DNA from: Candidatus Omnitrophota bacterium
GTDB taxonomy: Bacteria > Omnitrophota > Gorgyraeia > 2-01-FULL-45-10
Reading direction: 5' to 3'
NCBI GenBank assembly: GCA_041648975.1
Contig: JBAZNZ010000007.1
Location: forward strand, 4,807 to 68,806
DNA length: 64,000 nt
How positions within the stretch are numbered: the first letter of the stretch is position 1; every line of letters starts with the position of its first letter. The notes below the pieces were generated by a model, which had not been told where the DNA came from, made no database searches, and saw only the letters and a program-made list of their open reading frames with translations. The position numbers were made by a program, and so were the translations under genes. Shown in pieces: positions 1 to 9,125 of this stretch.

Positions 1-1
1 A

Positions 2-991
2 GTTTATCCGATCAATAAAGAGATGGCATATTTAAAAGATGTGATAAAAAAGATAAAGAACTGTAAGCACGTTCTTGTTATAGGAGGCGGGTTTATAGGT
101 GTTGAATTTGCCGATGAGCTTTCTAAATTAAAGGGGCTTGCCGTTACATTAGTAGAGGTGCTTCCGCATTTAATGGCCAATTCGTTCGATCCGGAATTTT
201 CGAAGATGGCTGAGAAGCGTTTACTGGAAAAAGGAATAAATGTTTTAACCGGTACCAGGGTTACGGAGATAGCCGGCGGAGATAGGGTCGAGAAAGTGAA
301 ATTTGATAACGGAAAAGATATGCCTGTCGACGGGATCATACTTGGAGTCGGGTCAAGGCCAAATGTAAAATTGGCTGTTGATGCCGGATTGGAATTGGGA
401 TCCTGCCAGGGTATTTTGACCGATGAATATATGCGCACTTTACGCGATCCGGATATATTTGCGATAGGGGATTGTTCCTGCAAAAGGGATTTTTATACCC
501 GGAAGGCGATACCCGTGATGCTGGCTTCCACTGCAACAGCCGAAGCCAGGATCGCCGGGGCAAATTTGTACCAAATAAAGGTAGTGCGGGAGAATAAAGG
601 CACGATTGCCATATATTCCACGTATATTGACGGCCTTGTCCTGGGTTCGGCTGGGCTTACGGAAAGGACAGCCAGCGCGGAGGGTTTTGAGATCATTGTC
701 GGCTGCGCGGACGGCATCGATAAGCATCCTGTTTCGCTGCCCGGAGCCGTCAAAGGTATGGTAAAATTAATATTTTCCCGGCAGTCAGGTATCATCCTGG
801 GAGGGCAGATAAGCTGCGGAATGTCCTGCGCGCAGGCGATCAACATAGTAGGGATAGCGATCCAGAAAAGGATGTCTTACACAGAGCTTGAGACTTTACA
901 GATCGCGACTCATCCGTATCTGACAAGCGCTCCTACCATGTACCCGATAATAATGGCTGCCCAGGATGCGGTAGGGAGGATACGTGGATAA
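2..991 (+). CDS. Pyridine nucleotide-disulfide oxidoreductase (CoA-disulfide reductase/NADH oxidase family), 5'-truncated at the window edge; only the NAD-binding and dimerisation parts are present
   Basis: The frame is open to the window start. It has a second Rossmann motif VLVIGGGFIGVEFADEL, the AIGDC motif, and a C-terminal dimerisation region typical of the family. Confidence 0.7.
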   Translation, partial: VYPINKEMAYLKDVIKKIKNCKHVLVIGGGFIGVEFADELSKLKGLAVTLVEVLPHLMANSFDPEFSKMAEKRLLEKGINVLTGTRVTEIAGGDRVEKVKFDNGKDMPVDGIILGVGSRPNVKLAVDAGLELGSCQGILTDEYMRTLRDPDIFAIGDCSCKRDFYTRKAIPVMLASTATAEARIAGANLYQIKVVRENKGTIAIYSTYIDGLVLGSAGLTERTASAEGFEIIVGCADGIDKHPVSLPGAVKGMVKLIFSRQSGIILGGQISCGMSCAQAINIVGIAIQKRMSYTELETLQIATHPYLTSAPTMYPIIMAAQDAVGRIRG

Positions 992-1648
992 AAATTATAA
1001 ATATATTTACGGGCCGGTGCCCTCATGGAGACTTGGCAGCTCGTTGGGTATCGACCCGATATCTCAGAAAGAAAAAGTGTGTAGTTTTGACTGTGTTTAC
1101 TGCCAGATCGGTAAAACAAAATGTTTGACCGCCGACAGAGAAATATTCGTTCCTTTTCAAAAATAATAGATGAATTAAATTTTTTGCCGCCTTTGAAAAT
1201 AGATTATATTACCTTTTCCGGGGCCGGGGAGCCTACTCTGGCTAAAAACCTGGGGGAGATGATAAAAGCCGTAAGGCGGGTCAGAAAAGAGAAGATAGCG
1301 GTTTTAACAAATTCTTCGTTAATGTAAAGGGAGGATGTTTTAAAAGAACTATCTATGGCTGATCTCGTTGCATGTAAATTGGATGCGCCTTCTCAAGGCG
1401 CCTTTGAGTTGGTCAATCACCCTGCGAAGGGTATTAATATCGGCGCGGTCATCGACGCTATAAAGGACTTTAAGAATCATTATAAAGGGAAGCTGGCCTT
1501 GCAAGTCATGCTTATGGAAGAGAATAAAGCTTTGTCGGAATGCAAGAAGCCGATATTTTTTCTTTTTATGGTAAAATGTCCTGTTGTTGCCCGGGACGTA
1601 AAATGCAGGCTTGGAGATGTGATTTTAATGCATAAGAAAAAACGTTAA
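984..1648 (+). pseudogene. Radical SAM enzyme gene disrupted by at least two frameshifts, leaving three consecutive ORF fragments in three frames
   Basis: Fragment 1 carries CSFDCVYCQ (CxxxCxxC) and GPVPSWRLGSSLGIDP. Fragment 2 carries IDYITFSGAGEPTL and VLTNSSL. Fragment 3 carries ADLVACKLDAPSQ. Together these are colinear with one radical-SAM protein, but the frame switches near 1150-1165 and 1325-1355. Confidence 0.55.
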
Positions 1649-1660
1649 AGGTTTAATAAG

Positions 1661-2290
1661 ATGGCGAGTTACATAATAAAAGAATTGAGAATCCATGCGC
1701 CTTTCACTTTTTTCGGGGCGATATCGGGTATTGTGGTCATGGCATTGTGCCATAAGCTGCCTTATAAAACATCTTACGATATATTTTATATCCTGCATCC
1801 GTCGCACGTTTTTTTGAGCGCTCTGGTCACCGCTTCTATGTACAAACTTCACAAATGCGGCCGCATAACCGGGAAATGCATTATGGGGAAATGCAATTTA
1901 TGGAGTTTACTTCTTATAGGTTATGCGGGCTCTGCAGGCATTGCCACATTAAGCGACTCGGTAATTCCTTATTTATGCGAGGCATTGTTTAAAATGCCTA
2001 ACAGGGGTATTCATATAGGTTTTATCGAGAAATGGTGGATTGTTAATCCTCTTGCGATAATAGGTATAGCGGTAGCTTATCTTAAGCCTGAGACAAAATT
2101 TCCGCACGCGGGGCATGTGTTGTTGAGCGTCTGGGCTTCCTTGTTCCATATAATAATGGCGCTGGGGCAAAACATGAGCTTTGTTTTATATCCCGTAATC
2201 CTTATATTTTTATTCGTAGCGGTACTGGTGCCCTGTTGTGTGAGCGATATAGTATTTCCTTTGTTATTTGTAAGAGATAAAAGGAGCTGA
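1661..2290 (+). CDS. Polytopic membrane protein with His-rich TM motifs, possibly a metal transporter
   Basis: A 209-aa ORF with about six hydrophobic helices and conserved His residues (HPSH, HAGH, LFH). It ends 5 nt upstream of hypA. No family was recognised with confidence. Confidence 0.4.
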   Translation: MASYIIKELRIHAPFTFFGAISGIVVMALCHKLPYKTSYDIFYILHPSHVFLSALVTASMYKLHKCGRITGKCIMGKCNLWSLLLIGYAGSAGIATLSDSVIPYLCEALFKMPNRGIHIGFIEKWWIVNPLAIIGIAVAYLKPETKFPHAGHVLLSVWASLFHIIMALGQNMSFVLYPVILIFLFVAVLVPCCVSDIVFPLLFVRDKRS

Positions 2291-2294
2291 TTTT

Positions 2295-2648
2295 ATGCAT
2301 GAAACGAGATTTGTAAATGAAATATTTGCCGTGTTGAAGCAGAGACTGGGTAAGGATGCGGCTTCGGGACGGATTTTAGTCAATGTTCGCTTAAGCCCTT
2401 TCAGCCATGTATCGGCTACGACCCTGAAAGAGTCGTTCAATGCGTTGGCCGGGAATGAAGATTATAAAACCGCGTCAATTAATGTGCTCCCGCTTGAAAT
2501 TCCTTTCGAATGCGGTAATTGCAAACGCAAGGCCGTGATCACGAAAAAAATGTTTGAATGCCCTTTTTGCGGCAGCGCGGATGTTGATATTAAAATGGAC
2601 AAAGAATTTTTTGTAGAATCACTGGAAATAGAGAAAAAGGATGCTTGA
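2295..2648 (+). CDS. hypA: Hydrogenase/urease nickel-incorporation metallochaperone HypA
   Basis: N-terminal MHE motif and two CxxC pairs (CGNCKRK ... CPFCGS) forming the HypA zinc finger; 117 aa. Confidence 0.7.
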   Translation: MHETRFVNEIFAVLKQRLGKDAASGRILVNVRLSPFSHVSATTLKESFNALAGNEDYKTASINVLPLEIPFECGNCKRKAVITKKMFECPFCGSADVDIKMDKEFFVESLEIEKKDA

Positions 2649-2684
2649 TATATGCATGACTTGGTTACTTCAGGATAAGGGATT

Positions 2685-2918
2685 ATGAAAAAAGTTTCTT
2701 TGGTCCATCTTAAACCGAACCACAAAGGCAGGGTCTCGGAAATCTCGGGAGGCTTGGGATTGCGGCACAGGCTGATGAGCATGGGCCTTTACGTGGGTAA
2801 AGAGGTCACAAAGCTTAGCTACATCGGTTTGAGGGGGCCTGTTGTAATAAGGGTTGGCCGCAGCGTCCTGGCCCTGGGGCACGGGATGGCGATGAAAATT
2901 ATCATAGAGGCAGAATGA
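2685..2918 (+). CDS. feoA: Ferrous iron transport protein A (FeoA)
   Basis: A 77-aa SH3-like FeoA domain with an ATGA overlap onto feoB. Confidence 0.75.
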   Translation: MKKVSLVHLKPNHKGRVSEISGGLGLRHRLMSMGLYVGKEVTKLSYIGLRGPVVIRVGRSVLALGHGMAMKIIIEAE

Positions 2919-4645
2919 TAAAAAAGATCTATTTAATAGGTAACCCGAATGTCGGCAAAAGCGTCGTATTCTCCCGCCTCACAGGTGTCCATGTAGTCTC
3001 ATCCAATTATCCCGGTACCACCGTCGAGTTTATCAAAGGTTATTTAACATCCGGAAATCAGAAGATCGAAGTTATTGACTTGCCCGGGACATATTCATTA
3101 GAACCAGGTTCAAGCGCCGAAGAGGTAGCCGTCTCGCTGTTAAAAGAGCATTCACAAGATGAGATAGCCGTCATTAATGTCATCGATTCAACCAATTTAG
3201 AAAGGAATCTGCTTTTGACCCTGCAGCTTGTTGAGGAAGGATTTCCGACGATCGCCTGCATGAACATGTGCGACGACGCCGTTCATAGGGGAGTTCATAT
3301 CGATATCAGTAAGTTAGAAGAAATTTTACAAATTCCCGTGATTTCTACCTGTGCCGTAACGGGGGCGGGTATAAAATTATTGATCGATAGGATAAAAGAA
3401 GCAAGGTCTGTTTCAAGAAGTAAGCTTCCTCATGAAGAACGGTGGAAGGAGATAGGGCGTATCATCGAGCAGGTACAGAACCTTGAGCATCGCCATCACC
3501 GCTTAAGAGAGTTATTGGAGGACGCGTCTGTTTGTCCGATTTCAGGACTAATAATGGCGGTGGGAGTTATATATGTATCATTTAAAATAGTCCGTTTTAT
3601 AGGTGAATCCATAATAAGCAGAATAACAGATCCTTTCTTTTATGAAACGGTCCAGCCTTTATTGGAAAAGATGACCGCTCATTGGCAGGAAAAGAGTTTC
3701 GTATTCCACTTGCTAATAGGCGATTTGATTCACGGAAAGATAGATTTCAAGCAGTCGCTTGGACTCTTGACCACAGCGCCCTACATTGAATTCGGCATGG
3801 TATTGCCGTATGTAATATCGTTCTATCTTGTCTTGAGCCTGCTGGAAGATATAGGCTATCTGCCGCGCCTGGCAATATTATTGGACAATCTCTTGCACCA
3901 TCTGGGCCTGCATGGCTATGCTATAATACCTGTGCTTTTAGGTTTTGGTTGCAACGTTCCAGGTATATTGTCTACGCGTGTATTAGAGTCAAAACGCGAA
4001 AGGTTTATCGCCTCTACTATTATCTCCATCGGCGTGCCATGCGTTCCGCTGCAAGCTATGATTGTCGGGTTACTGGGCGCGTTCGGCGGCTTTTATGCCG
4101 GCGGCGTATATCTTGTGTTATTTTGCGTAATATTGATATTGGGGGTAATTTTAAACCGGGCCCTGCCCGGATACAGCCCCGAATTTCTGATAGAAATTCC
4201 TCCTTATAGATTTCCTCCGCTTACGATGCTGGCAAGAAAATTATATTTTCGCGTTAAGGGTTTTTTGTTTGAGGCAGTGCCGATAGTATTGATAGGCGTC
4301 CTGGTCGTAAATATACTTTTGTATTTTAAGTTGTTTGACGTCGTGACAGGCCTCTTTGCCCCGGTTATCCACGGATTATTCGGCCTGCCAAAAGAAGCGA
4401 TAGTCGCCCTTATCGTGGGTTTTTTAAGGAAAGATGTCGCGGTGGGCATGCTCGCGCCGCTGGGACTTTCAGCCAAACAACTTTTTATAGCGGCGACATT
4501 ATTGGCTATATCGTTCCCATGTATCGCGACTTTTATAGTTTTATGGAAAGAACTTGGCGTTAAAGACCTGATAAAATCGACGCTTATAATGATAACAGTC
4601 AGTATCATCGTAGGCGCTATGCTTAATTTTGTGATTCTGCGTTAA
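2915..4645 (+). CDS. feoB: Ferrous iron transport protein B (FeoB)
   Basis: N-terminal G-domain GNPNVGKS plus the polytopic FeoB core; 576 aa. Confidence 0.9.
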   Translation: MIKKIYLIGNPNVGKSVVFSRLTGVHVVSSNYPGTTVEFIKGYLTSGNQKIEVIDLPGTYSLEPGSSAEEVAVSLLKEHSQDEIAVINVIDSTNLERNLLLTLQLVEEGFPTIACMNMCDDAVHRGVHIDISKLEEILQIPVISTCAVTGAGIKLLIDRIKEARSVSRSKLPHEERWKEIGRIIEQVQNLEHRHHRLRELLEDASVCPISGLIMAVGVIYVSFKIVRFIGESIISRITDPFFYETVQPLLEKMTAHWQEKSFVFHLLIGDLIHGKIDFKQSLGLLTTAPYIEFGMVLPYVISFYLVLSLLEDIGYLPRLAILLDNLLHHLGLHGYAIIPVLLGFGCNVPGILSTRVLESKRERFIASTIISIGVPCVPLQAMIVGLLGAFGGFYAGGVYLVLFCVILILGVILNRALPGYSPEFLIEIPPYRFPPLTMLARKLYFRVKGFLFEAVPIVLIGVLVVNILLYFKLFDVVTGLFAPVIHGLFGLPKEAIVALIVGFLRKDVAVGMLAPLGLSAKQLFIAATLLAISFPCIATFIVLWKELGVKDLIKSTLIMITVSIIVGAMLNFVILR

Positions 4646-4666
4646 GTTTTAATAGGAGGCGCATAT

Positions 4667-5524
4667 ATGGATCGAGCACTGATATTAAAAATTCAGAAAA
4701 GCGAATTGACGGATAATATCGTTTACAAGCAGCTTGCCGGGCTCGTGAAAAAAGACGAACATCGCCGCCTCCTGGAAAAGATCTCCGGGGAAGAGCTTAA
4801 ACACTATCAGATTTTTAAGGGTTTGACAGGCGAGGAGGTCCTGCCTGACAGGCTCAAGGTATTTCTATTTGTGGCCATTTCCCGTTTTCTCGGATTAAAT
4901 TTTGGCCTTAAGCTTATGGAGACTGCCGAAGAGATAGCCCAGGATACATACGAAGGCTTAAAAGGCATATCGCCGGAAATAGAATCCGTGATACGCGATG
5001 AAGAGGAGCACGAAAAAGAGATAATAGGGTTAATCAACGAGGAAAGTCTAAAGTATGTAAGCTCGGTAGTTCTCGGCTTAAATGACGCCCTTGTTGAATT
5101 GACAGCGGCCCTTACAGGATTTACTCTTGCCTTGCAGAATAGCCGCCTCATAGGGATCGTGGGATTAATCACAGGGATAGCGGGCTCCATGTCCATGGCG
5201 GCCTCGGAGTATCTCTCGACCAGGCAGGAAGAGACGGACAAGGACCCTATCAAGGCGAGCGTTTATACGGGCATCGCCTATGTATGCACAGTGATCCTGC
5301 TGGTGATGCCTTATTTTCTGTTCAAAAACATATTTTTAAGTCTAAGCCTGGTCATCGCGACCGCGCTTTTGATCATACTTACCTTTACTTTCTATATCTC
5401 TGTCGCCAAGAGTCTTGATTTCAAGAAAAGATTTTTTGAGATGGCCGGTTTAAGTTTAAGCATAGCGGTTGCGACATTCTTTATAGGCCTTGCGATGAGA
5501 AAAATATTCGGAGTGGAGATTTAG
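4667..5524 (+). CDS. Ferritin-like domain fused to a VIT1/CCC1-family iron/manganese transporter
   Basis: N-terminal rubrerythrin/ferritin-like helices (EELKHYQIF, EEEHEKE) followed by the VIT domain LGLNDALVELTAALTG and TM helices. Confidence 0.7.
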   Translation: MDRALILKIQKSELTDNIVYKQLAGLVKKDEHRRLLEKISGEELKHYQIFKGLTGEEVLPDRLKVFLFVAISRFLGLNFGLKLMETAEEIAQDTYEGLKGISPEIESVIRDEEEHEKEIIGLINEESLKYVSSVVLGLNDALVELTAALTGFTLALQNSRLIGIVGLITGIAGSMSMAASEYLSTRQEETDKDPIKASVYTGIAYVCTVILLVMPYFLFKNIFLSLSLVIATALLIILTFTFYISVAKSLDFKKRFFEMAGLSLSIAVATFFIGLAMRKIFGVEI

Positions 5525-5535
5525 ATTTATTGATA

Positions 5536-5562
5536 TTGGACAAGGTATGTTTGTGGTATAAT
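5536..5562 (+). promoter_or_regulatory. Sigma70-like promoter with extended -10 (TTGGAC-15-TGgTATAAT) directly upstream of the 5571 ORF
   Basis: TATAAT at 5557-5562 is preceded by TG. The predicted TSS falls about 1-3 nt before the ATG at 5571, so the mRNA may be leaderless. Confidence 0.35.
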
Positions 5563-5570
5563 TTACCGAG

Positions 5571-5867
5571 ATGGGCACAAGAAATACATATATTAAAGTC
5601 TTATTAATATTTGCCGCAGGCATATTTTGTTTTCTTGCTATAGGCGGAGTATTTTTTCACAATCACGAAGATGCCTGCAATCACGACGATTGCCAAATAT
5701 GCCAATGGGCAATCAGTTGCGCGTTTACTTTCTTAATAGTAACTCTACTATTCTTTTGCCTTTTGTTCTGCCGTAAAACCGCATTTTTTGTTTCCGTATT
5801 CATATCGATTTTCTGCAAGATAAGCCTTCATCTAAGGTCTCCACCTGCCGTTCTCCCCATAGTTTAG
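5571..5867 (+). CDS. Small Cys/His-rich membrane protein, hypothetical
   Basis: A 98-aa ORF with two TM segments and an HNHEDACNHDDCQICQW cluster, sitting inside the metal-transport neighbourhood. Confidence 0.4.
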   Translation: MGTRNTYIKVLLIFAAGIFCFLAIGGVFFHNHEDACNHDDCQICQWAISCAFTFLIVTLLFFCLLFCRKTAFFVSVFISIFCKISLHLRSPPAVLPIV

Positions 5868-5964
5868 TTCAACCATAAAAAATCACAAATTCTCTTAGGG
5901 GAGATATCGATGACCCATTCGACTTCGCTCAGGGTCATCCTGAGCGACTAAAAGGAGCCGAAGG

Positions 5965-7254
5965 ATGAAAAAAGCAATTATACTTTTCATTATTATTTTA
6001 TTTATCCCCTTGTTTGCAGCAGACGCAAGGGGCAGCGAAGTTGCGCAGTTGCAGCAAGAAATGGCGGCATTAAGGTCTCAATTCAGTGAAATGAAAATGA
6101 GCTATGAGACGAGGATAAACCAGCTTGAAACAAAGATAGAAGACATACAAAAAACCTATTCGATACGCGCGCAAACACCTCAAATCACGTCTCCAGTCCA
6201 GCCTCAATCTACATCGCTTGGGCGATATTTCCAGAGCTTTAACCCGGATGTCAGCGTAATAGGCGATTTTACCTACCATGCGACGGATAGGAAGAACGAA
6301 GAATTCCGCAACCAGTTCCAGATGCGCCAGACAGAGCTTGCTTTTTCGGCATCCGTCGATCCTTACGCGCGAGGAGATTTCTTCTTCCACATAGAACAAG
6401 AAAATGGCGACTGGCATATCGGTCTATGTGAAGGGTATTTGACGCTTCTTACTCTGCCGATAGAAGGATTACAGGCCAAGGCAGGGAAATTCAAAGTCGA
6501 ATTCGGCAAGGCTAATAAATATCACCTGCACAACCTCCCATGGGTCGATTATCCTAATATGATTACCAATTACTTCGGCGAGGAAGGGATGAGCGAGCCG
6601 GGAGTTTCCGCAAGCTATCTCATACCGAACCCGTGGAATAAGTACATGGAATTGACAGGGCAGGTTGTAAATAATAGTAACGGCGTAAGCTTTGCCGGTA
6701 CCGACAGTAAAGACCTTGTCTATCTCGGGCACCTTAAGGCATTCTTCGACATAAACGAAGAATCGACAGTTGAGGCTGGATCAAGCCTTGCGGTAGGTTC
6801 GAATACCGGATCGCACGGCAAATTCGGCAAGGATATGACAGCGCTGGAAGGCCTAGACCTTACGTATAAATGGCGTCCGCTCCAGAAAGGACTCTATAAA
6901 TCTCTTACATTCCAGAATGAGCTTCTATTCAGCCAGAAGGATAGGCCCTATTTTGATGACGGTACCGACATAATAGACGGCAAGACCCTGAATTCATGGG
7001 GGGCTTATTCATCGTTAGAGTATCAATTCGCCAAGCGGTGGACGGCTTTCGGAAGGTATGATTTCTCGGAATTCCCGGACTATACGAAGAACCGGGAGAA
7101 TGCCTATTCGCTGGGGCTTACGTTTGCGCAGAGCGAATACTGCTTGTGGAGGGTGCAATTCAAGCGCACAAACAGGAACTATGACAAAGATGAGAATGCC
7201 GTATGGCTGCAATGCGACTTCGGACTTGGTCCTCACAGGAAACACGAATATTAA
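5965..7254 (+). CDS. Outer-membrane beta-barrel (porin-like) protein with N-terminal coiled coil
   Basis: Signal peptide, a coiled-coil stretch (AQLQQEMAALRSQFSEMKMSYETRINQLE), alternating amphipathic beta-strand pattern, and an aromatic C-terminus (HEY). It lies immediately upstream of znuA. Confidence 0.45.
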   Translation: MKKAIILFIIILFIPLFAADARGSEVAQLQQEMAALRSQFSEMKMSYETRINQLETKIEDIQKTYSIRAQTPQITSPVQPQSTSLGRYFQSFNPDVSVIGDFTYHATDRKNEEFRNQFQMRQTELAFSASVDPYARGDFFFHIEQENGDWHIGLCEGYLTLLTLPIEGLQAKAGKFKVEFGKANKYHLHNLPWVDYPNMITNYFGEEGMSEPGVSASYLIPNPWNKYMELTGQVVNNSNGVSFAGTDSKDLVYLGHLKAFFDINEESTVEAGSSLAVGSNTGSHGKFGKDMTALEGLDLTYKWRPLQKGLYKSLTFQNELLFSQKDRPYFDDGTDIIDGKTLNSWGAYSSLEYQFAKRWTAFGRYDFSEFPDYTKNRENAYSLGLTFAQSEYCLWRVQFKRTNRNYDKDENAVWLQCDFGLGPHRKHEY

Positions 7255-7319
7255 TAGTTCGACAGGCTCACTATTATCCTGAGCCTGCCGAAGGATAAAA
7301 TATACTAAAGGAGTGCGAT

Positions 7320-8246
7320 ATGAGAAAAATATGCGTTTTTTTGATAATGTTACTGGCAATGAGCAGCTTCGCTTATGGTAAAGACACGCTGAACGTCCTT
7401 ACCACAACAGAAGATCTTAAGTCGATTACCGAAGCTATCGGGGGAGATAAAGTCAAAGTAGATTCTCTTGCCAAAGGTCTTCAGGATCCGCATTTTGTGG
7501 ACGCGAAGCCGTCTTTTATGATGAAGGCCAAGAATGCGGATCTATTTATACGGATTGGTTTAGAGCTTGAGATCGGATACGAGGAACTGATAATAGACGG
7601 CTCCAGGAATCAGAAGATACGGATTGGGAACCCGGGCCATCTTGATGCCTCTGAAGGCGTGTATCTTTTAGAAGTTCCTACCACTGCGAAGGTTGACCGG
7701 TCAATGGGAGACGTCCATCCAATGGGCAATCCTCATTACTGGCTTGATCCTGAGAATGCCAGGATCGTGGCACGAAACATCGCCGGTCGATTATCAGAGA
7801 TTCTTCCGGAAAATGACGGATATTTTAAAGAGAACCTAAAGGCATTTGATAAGAAGATGGATGAAAAGACGGCCGAATGGAACAGGAAAATGGCGCCTTT
7901 CAAAGGAAAAAAGATTGCCATTTATCATCGCAGTTGGCCGTATTTCGCGGATAGGTTTGGGTTGGTAATAGCATGTGAGTTAGAACCTAAACCCGGTATC
8001 CCGCCGTCACCCGGACATTTGAAGGAAGTAATAGACATAATGAAACGCGACAATGTAAAAATAATACTCATGGAAGTATTCTATGATGAAAAACCCGCGC
8101 AGTTTGTTGCCGCCCAAACCGGAGCTGAAGTAGTCGTGGTGCCGAATTCTGTCGGCGGCACAAAAGATGCCAAGGATTATTTCAGTCTTATTGATACGAT
8201 TGTAGAAAAAATTGCGGCAGGATTTCAGGTCTCAGGAAAGGAGTAA
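7320..8246 (+). CDS. Metal ABC transporter substrate-binding lipoprotein (ZnuA/TroA family)
   Basis: Signal peptide and conserved DPHFVDAKPSFMMKAKNADLFIRIGLELE and His-containing metal-site motifs. Confidence 0.8.
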   Translation: MRKICVFLIMLLAMSSFAYGKDTLNVLTTTEDLKSITEAIGGDKVKVDSLAKGLQDPHFVDAKPSFMMKAKNADLFIRIGLELEIGYEELIIDGSRNQKIRIGNPGHLDASEGVYLLEVPTTAKVDRSMGDVHPMGNPHYWLDPENARIVARNIAGRLSEILPENDGYFKENLKAFDKKMDEKTAEWNRKMAPFKGKKIAIYHRSWPYFADRFGLVIACELEPKPGIPPSPGHLKEVIDIMKRDNVKIILMEVFYDEKPAQFVAAQTGAEVVVVPNSVGGTKDAKDYFSLIDTIVEKIAAGFQVSGKE

Positions 8247-8252
8247 CTGGTT

Positions 8253-9074
8253 ATGGACATCTTTACATTGATGGCGGCCCCGTTTGCCGCGTGTCTTGTG
8301 CTTACAGGCATCCACTGTTATCTTGGGCTTCATGTTGTAATGAGAGGTGTTATATTTGTAGATTTGGCCTTGGCCCAGATAGCCGCTTTTGGCGCTGTCC
8401 TGATGCTTTTATTCGGATATGAACTATCGAGCCCGCAGTCCTATACAGCCTCGCTCCTTTTTACTTTTATCGGAGCGGGAATTTTCGCTTTAAGCAGATT
8501 AAGAGAGAAGGCGATACCTCAAGAAGCTATTATCGGAATAGTTTACGCGGTCTTCTCCGCGGCGGCAATCCTTGTCCTGGATCGGGCGCCTCACGGACAT
8601 GAGGCGCTGCAGACTATGCTCGTGGGCAGTATCCTTTATGTCAATTGGTCTGCCGTTTTAAAGATGTTCTTGATTTACCTGGCCGTAGGGGTGTTTCACT
8701 TTGTATTTCGAAAAAGGTTTTTTCTTATCTCACGGGATGTCGGCGAGGCGAGAAGAAAAGGAATTCCGGTCATGTTTTGGGACTTTCTTTTTTACATTAC
8801 TTTCGGATTTGTGGTTACCAGTTCGGTTAAAATCGCAGGCGTACTTCTGGTGTTCAGCTATCTCATTGTCCCGGCAGTGTGCGCCATGCTTCTGGCGAAA
8901 GATGCCCTGCGCAGGCTTATTCTCGGCTGGATCATAGGATTTTTAGTCAGTATCTTAGGGCTCTTTTTTTCGGTGAGGTTGGATCTACCCACCGGAGCGT
9001 CGGTAGTAACTTGTTTTGGCGTAGCGCTTATCGTATCAGCGGGGCTGTCGTTTTATTTAACAAAGAGAACATAG
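8253..9074 (+). CDS. Metal ABC transporter permease (ZnuB/TroC family)
   Basis: A 273-aa polytopic protein typical of ABC-3 permeases. No cognate ATPase gene follows. Confidence 0.75.
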   Translation: MDIFTLMAAPFAACLVLTGIHCYLGLHVVMRGVIFVDLALAQIAAFGAVLMLLFGYELSSPQSYTASLLFTFIGAGIFALSRLREKAIPQEAIIGIVYAVFSAAAILVLDRAPHGHEALQTMLVGSILYVNWSAVLKMFLIYLAVGVFHFVFRKRFFLISRDVGEARRKGIPVMFWDFLFYITFGFVVTSSVKIAGVLLVFSYLIVPAVCAMLLAKDALRRLILGWIIGFLVSILGLFFSVRLDLPTGASVVTCFGVALIVSAGLSFYLTKRT

Positions 9075-9092
9075 ATAAACAATGTCCGTCCG

Positions 9093-9125
9093 AATGTCCG
9101 CCTTTCAAGAGCGGACATTTTGTAT
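9093..9125 (+). terminator. Rho-independent terminator after znuB
   Basis: Stem AATGTCCGC/GCGGACATT with a 9-nt loop, followed by a TTTTGTATCAATTT run. Confidence 0.5.

Noticed and set aside
9081-9101. The 9-mer AATGTCCGC recurring at 9081/9093 and again at 30229
   Set aside because: The two copies at 9081-9101 are part of the terminator stem region. The distant copy is a single short match consistent with chance.
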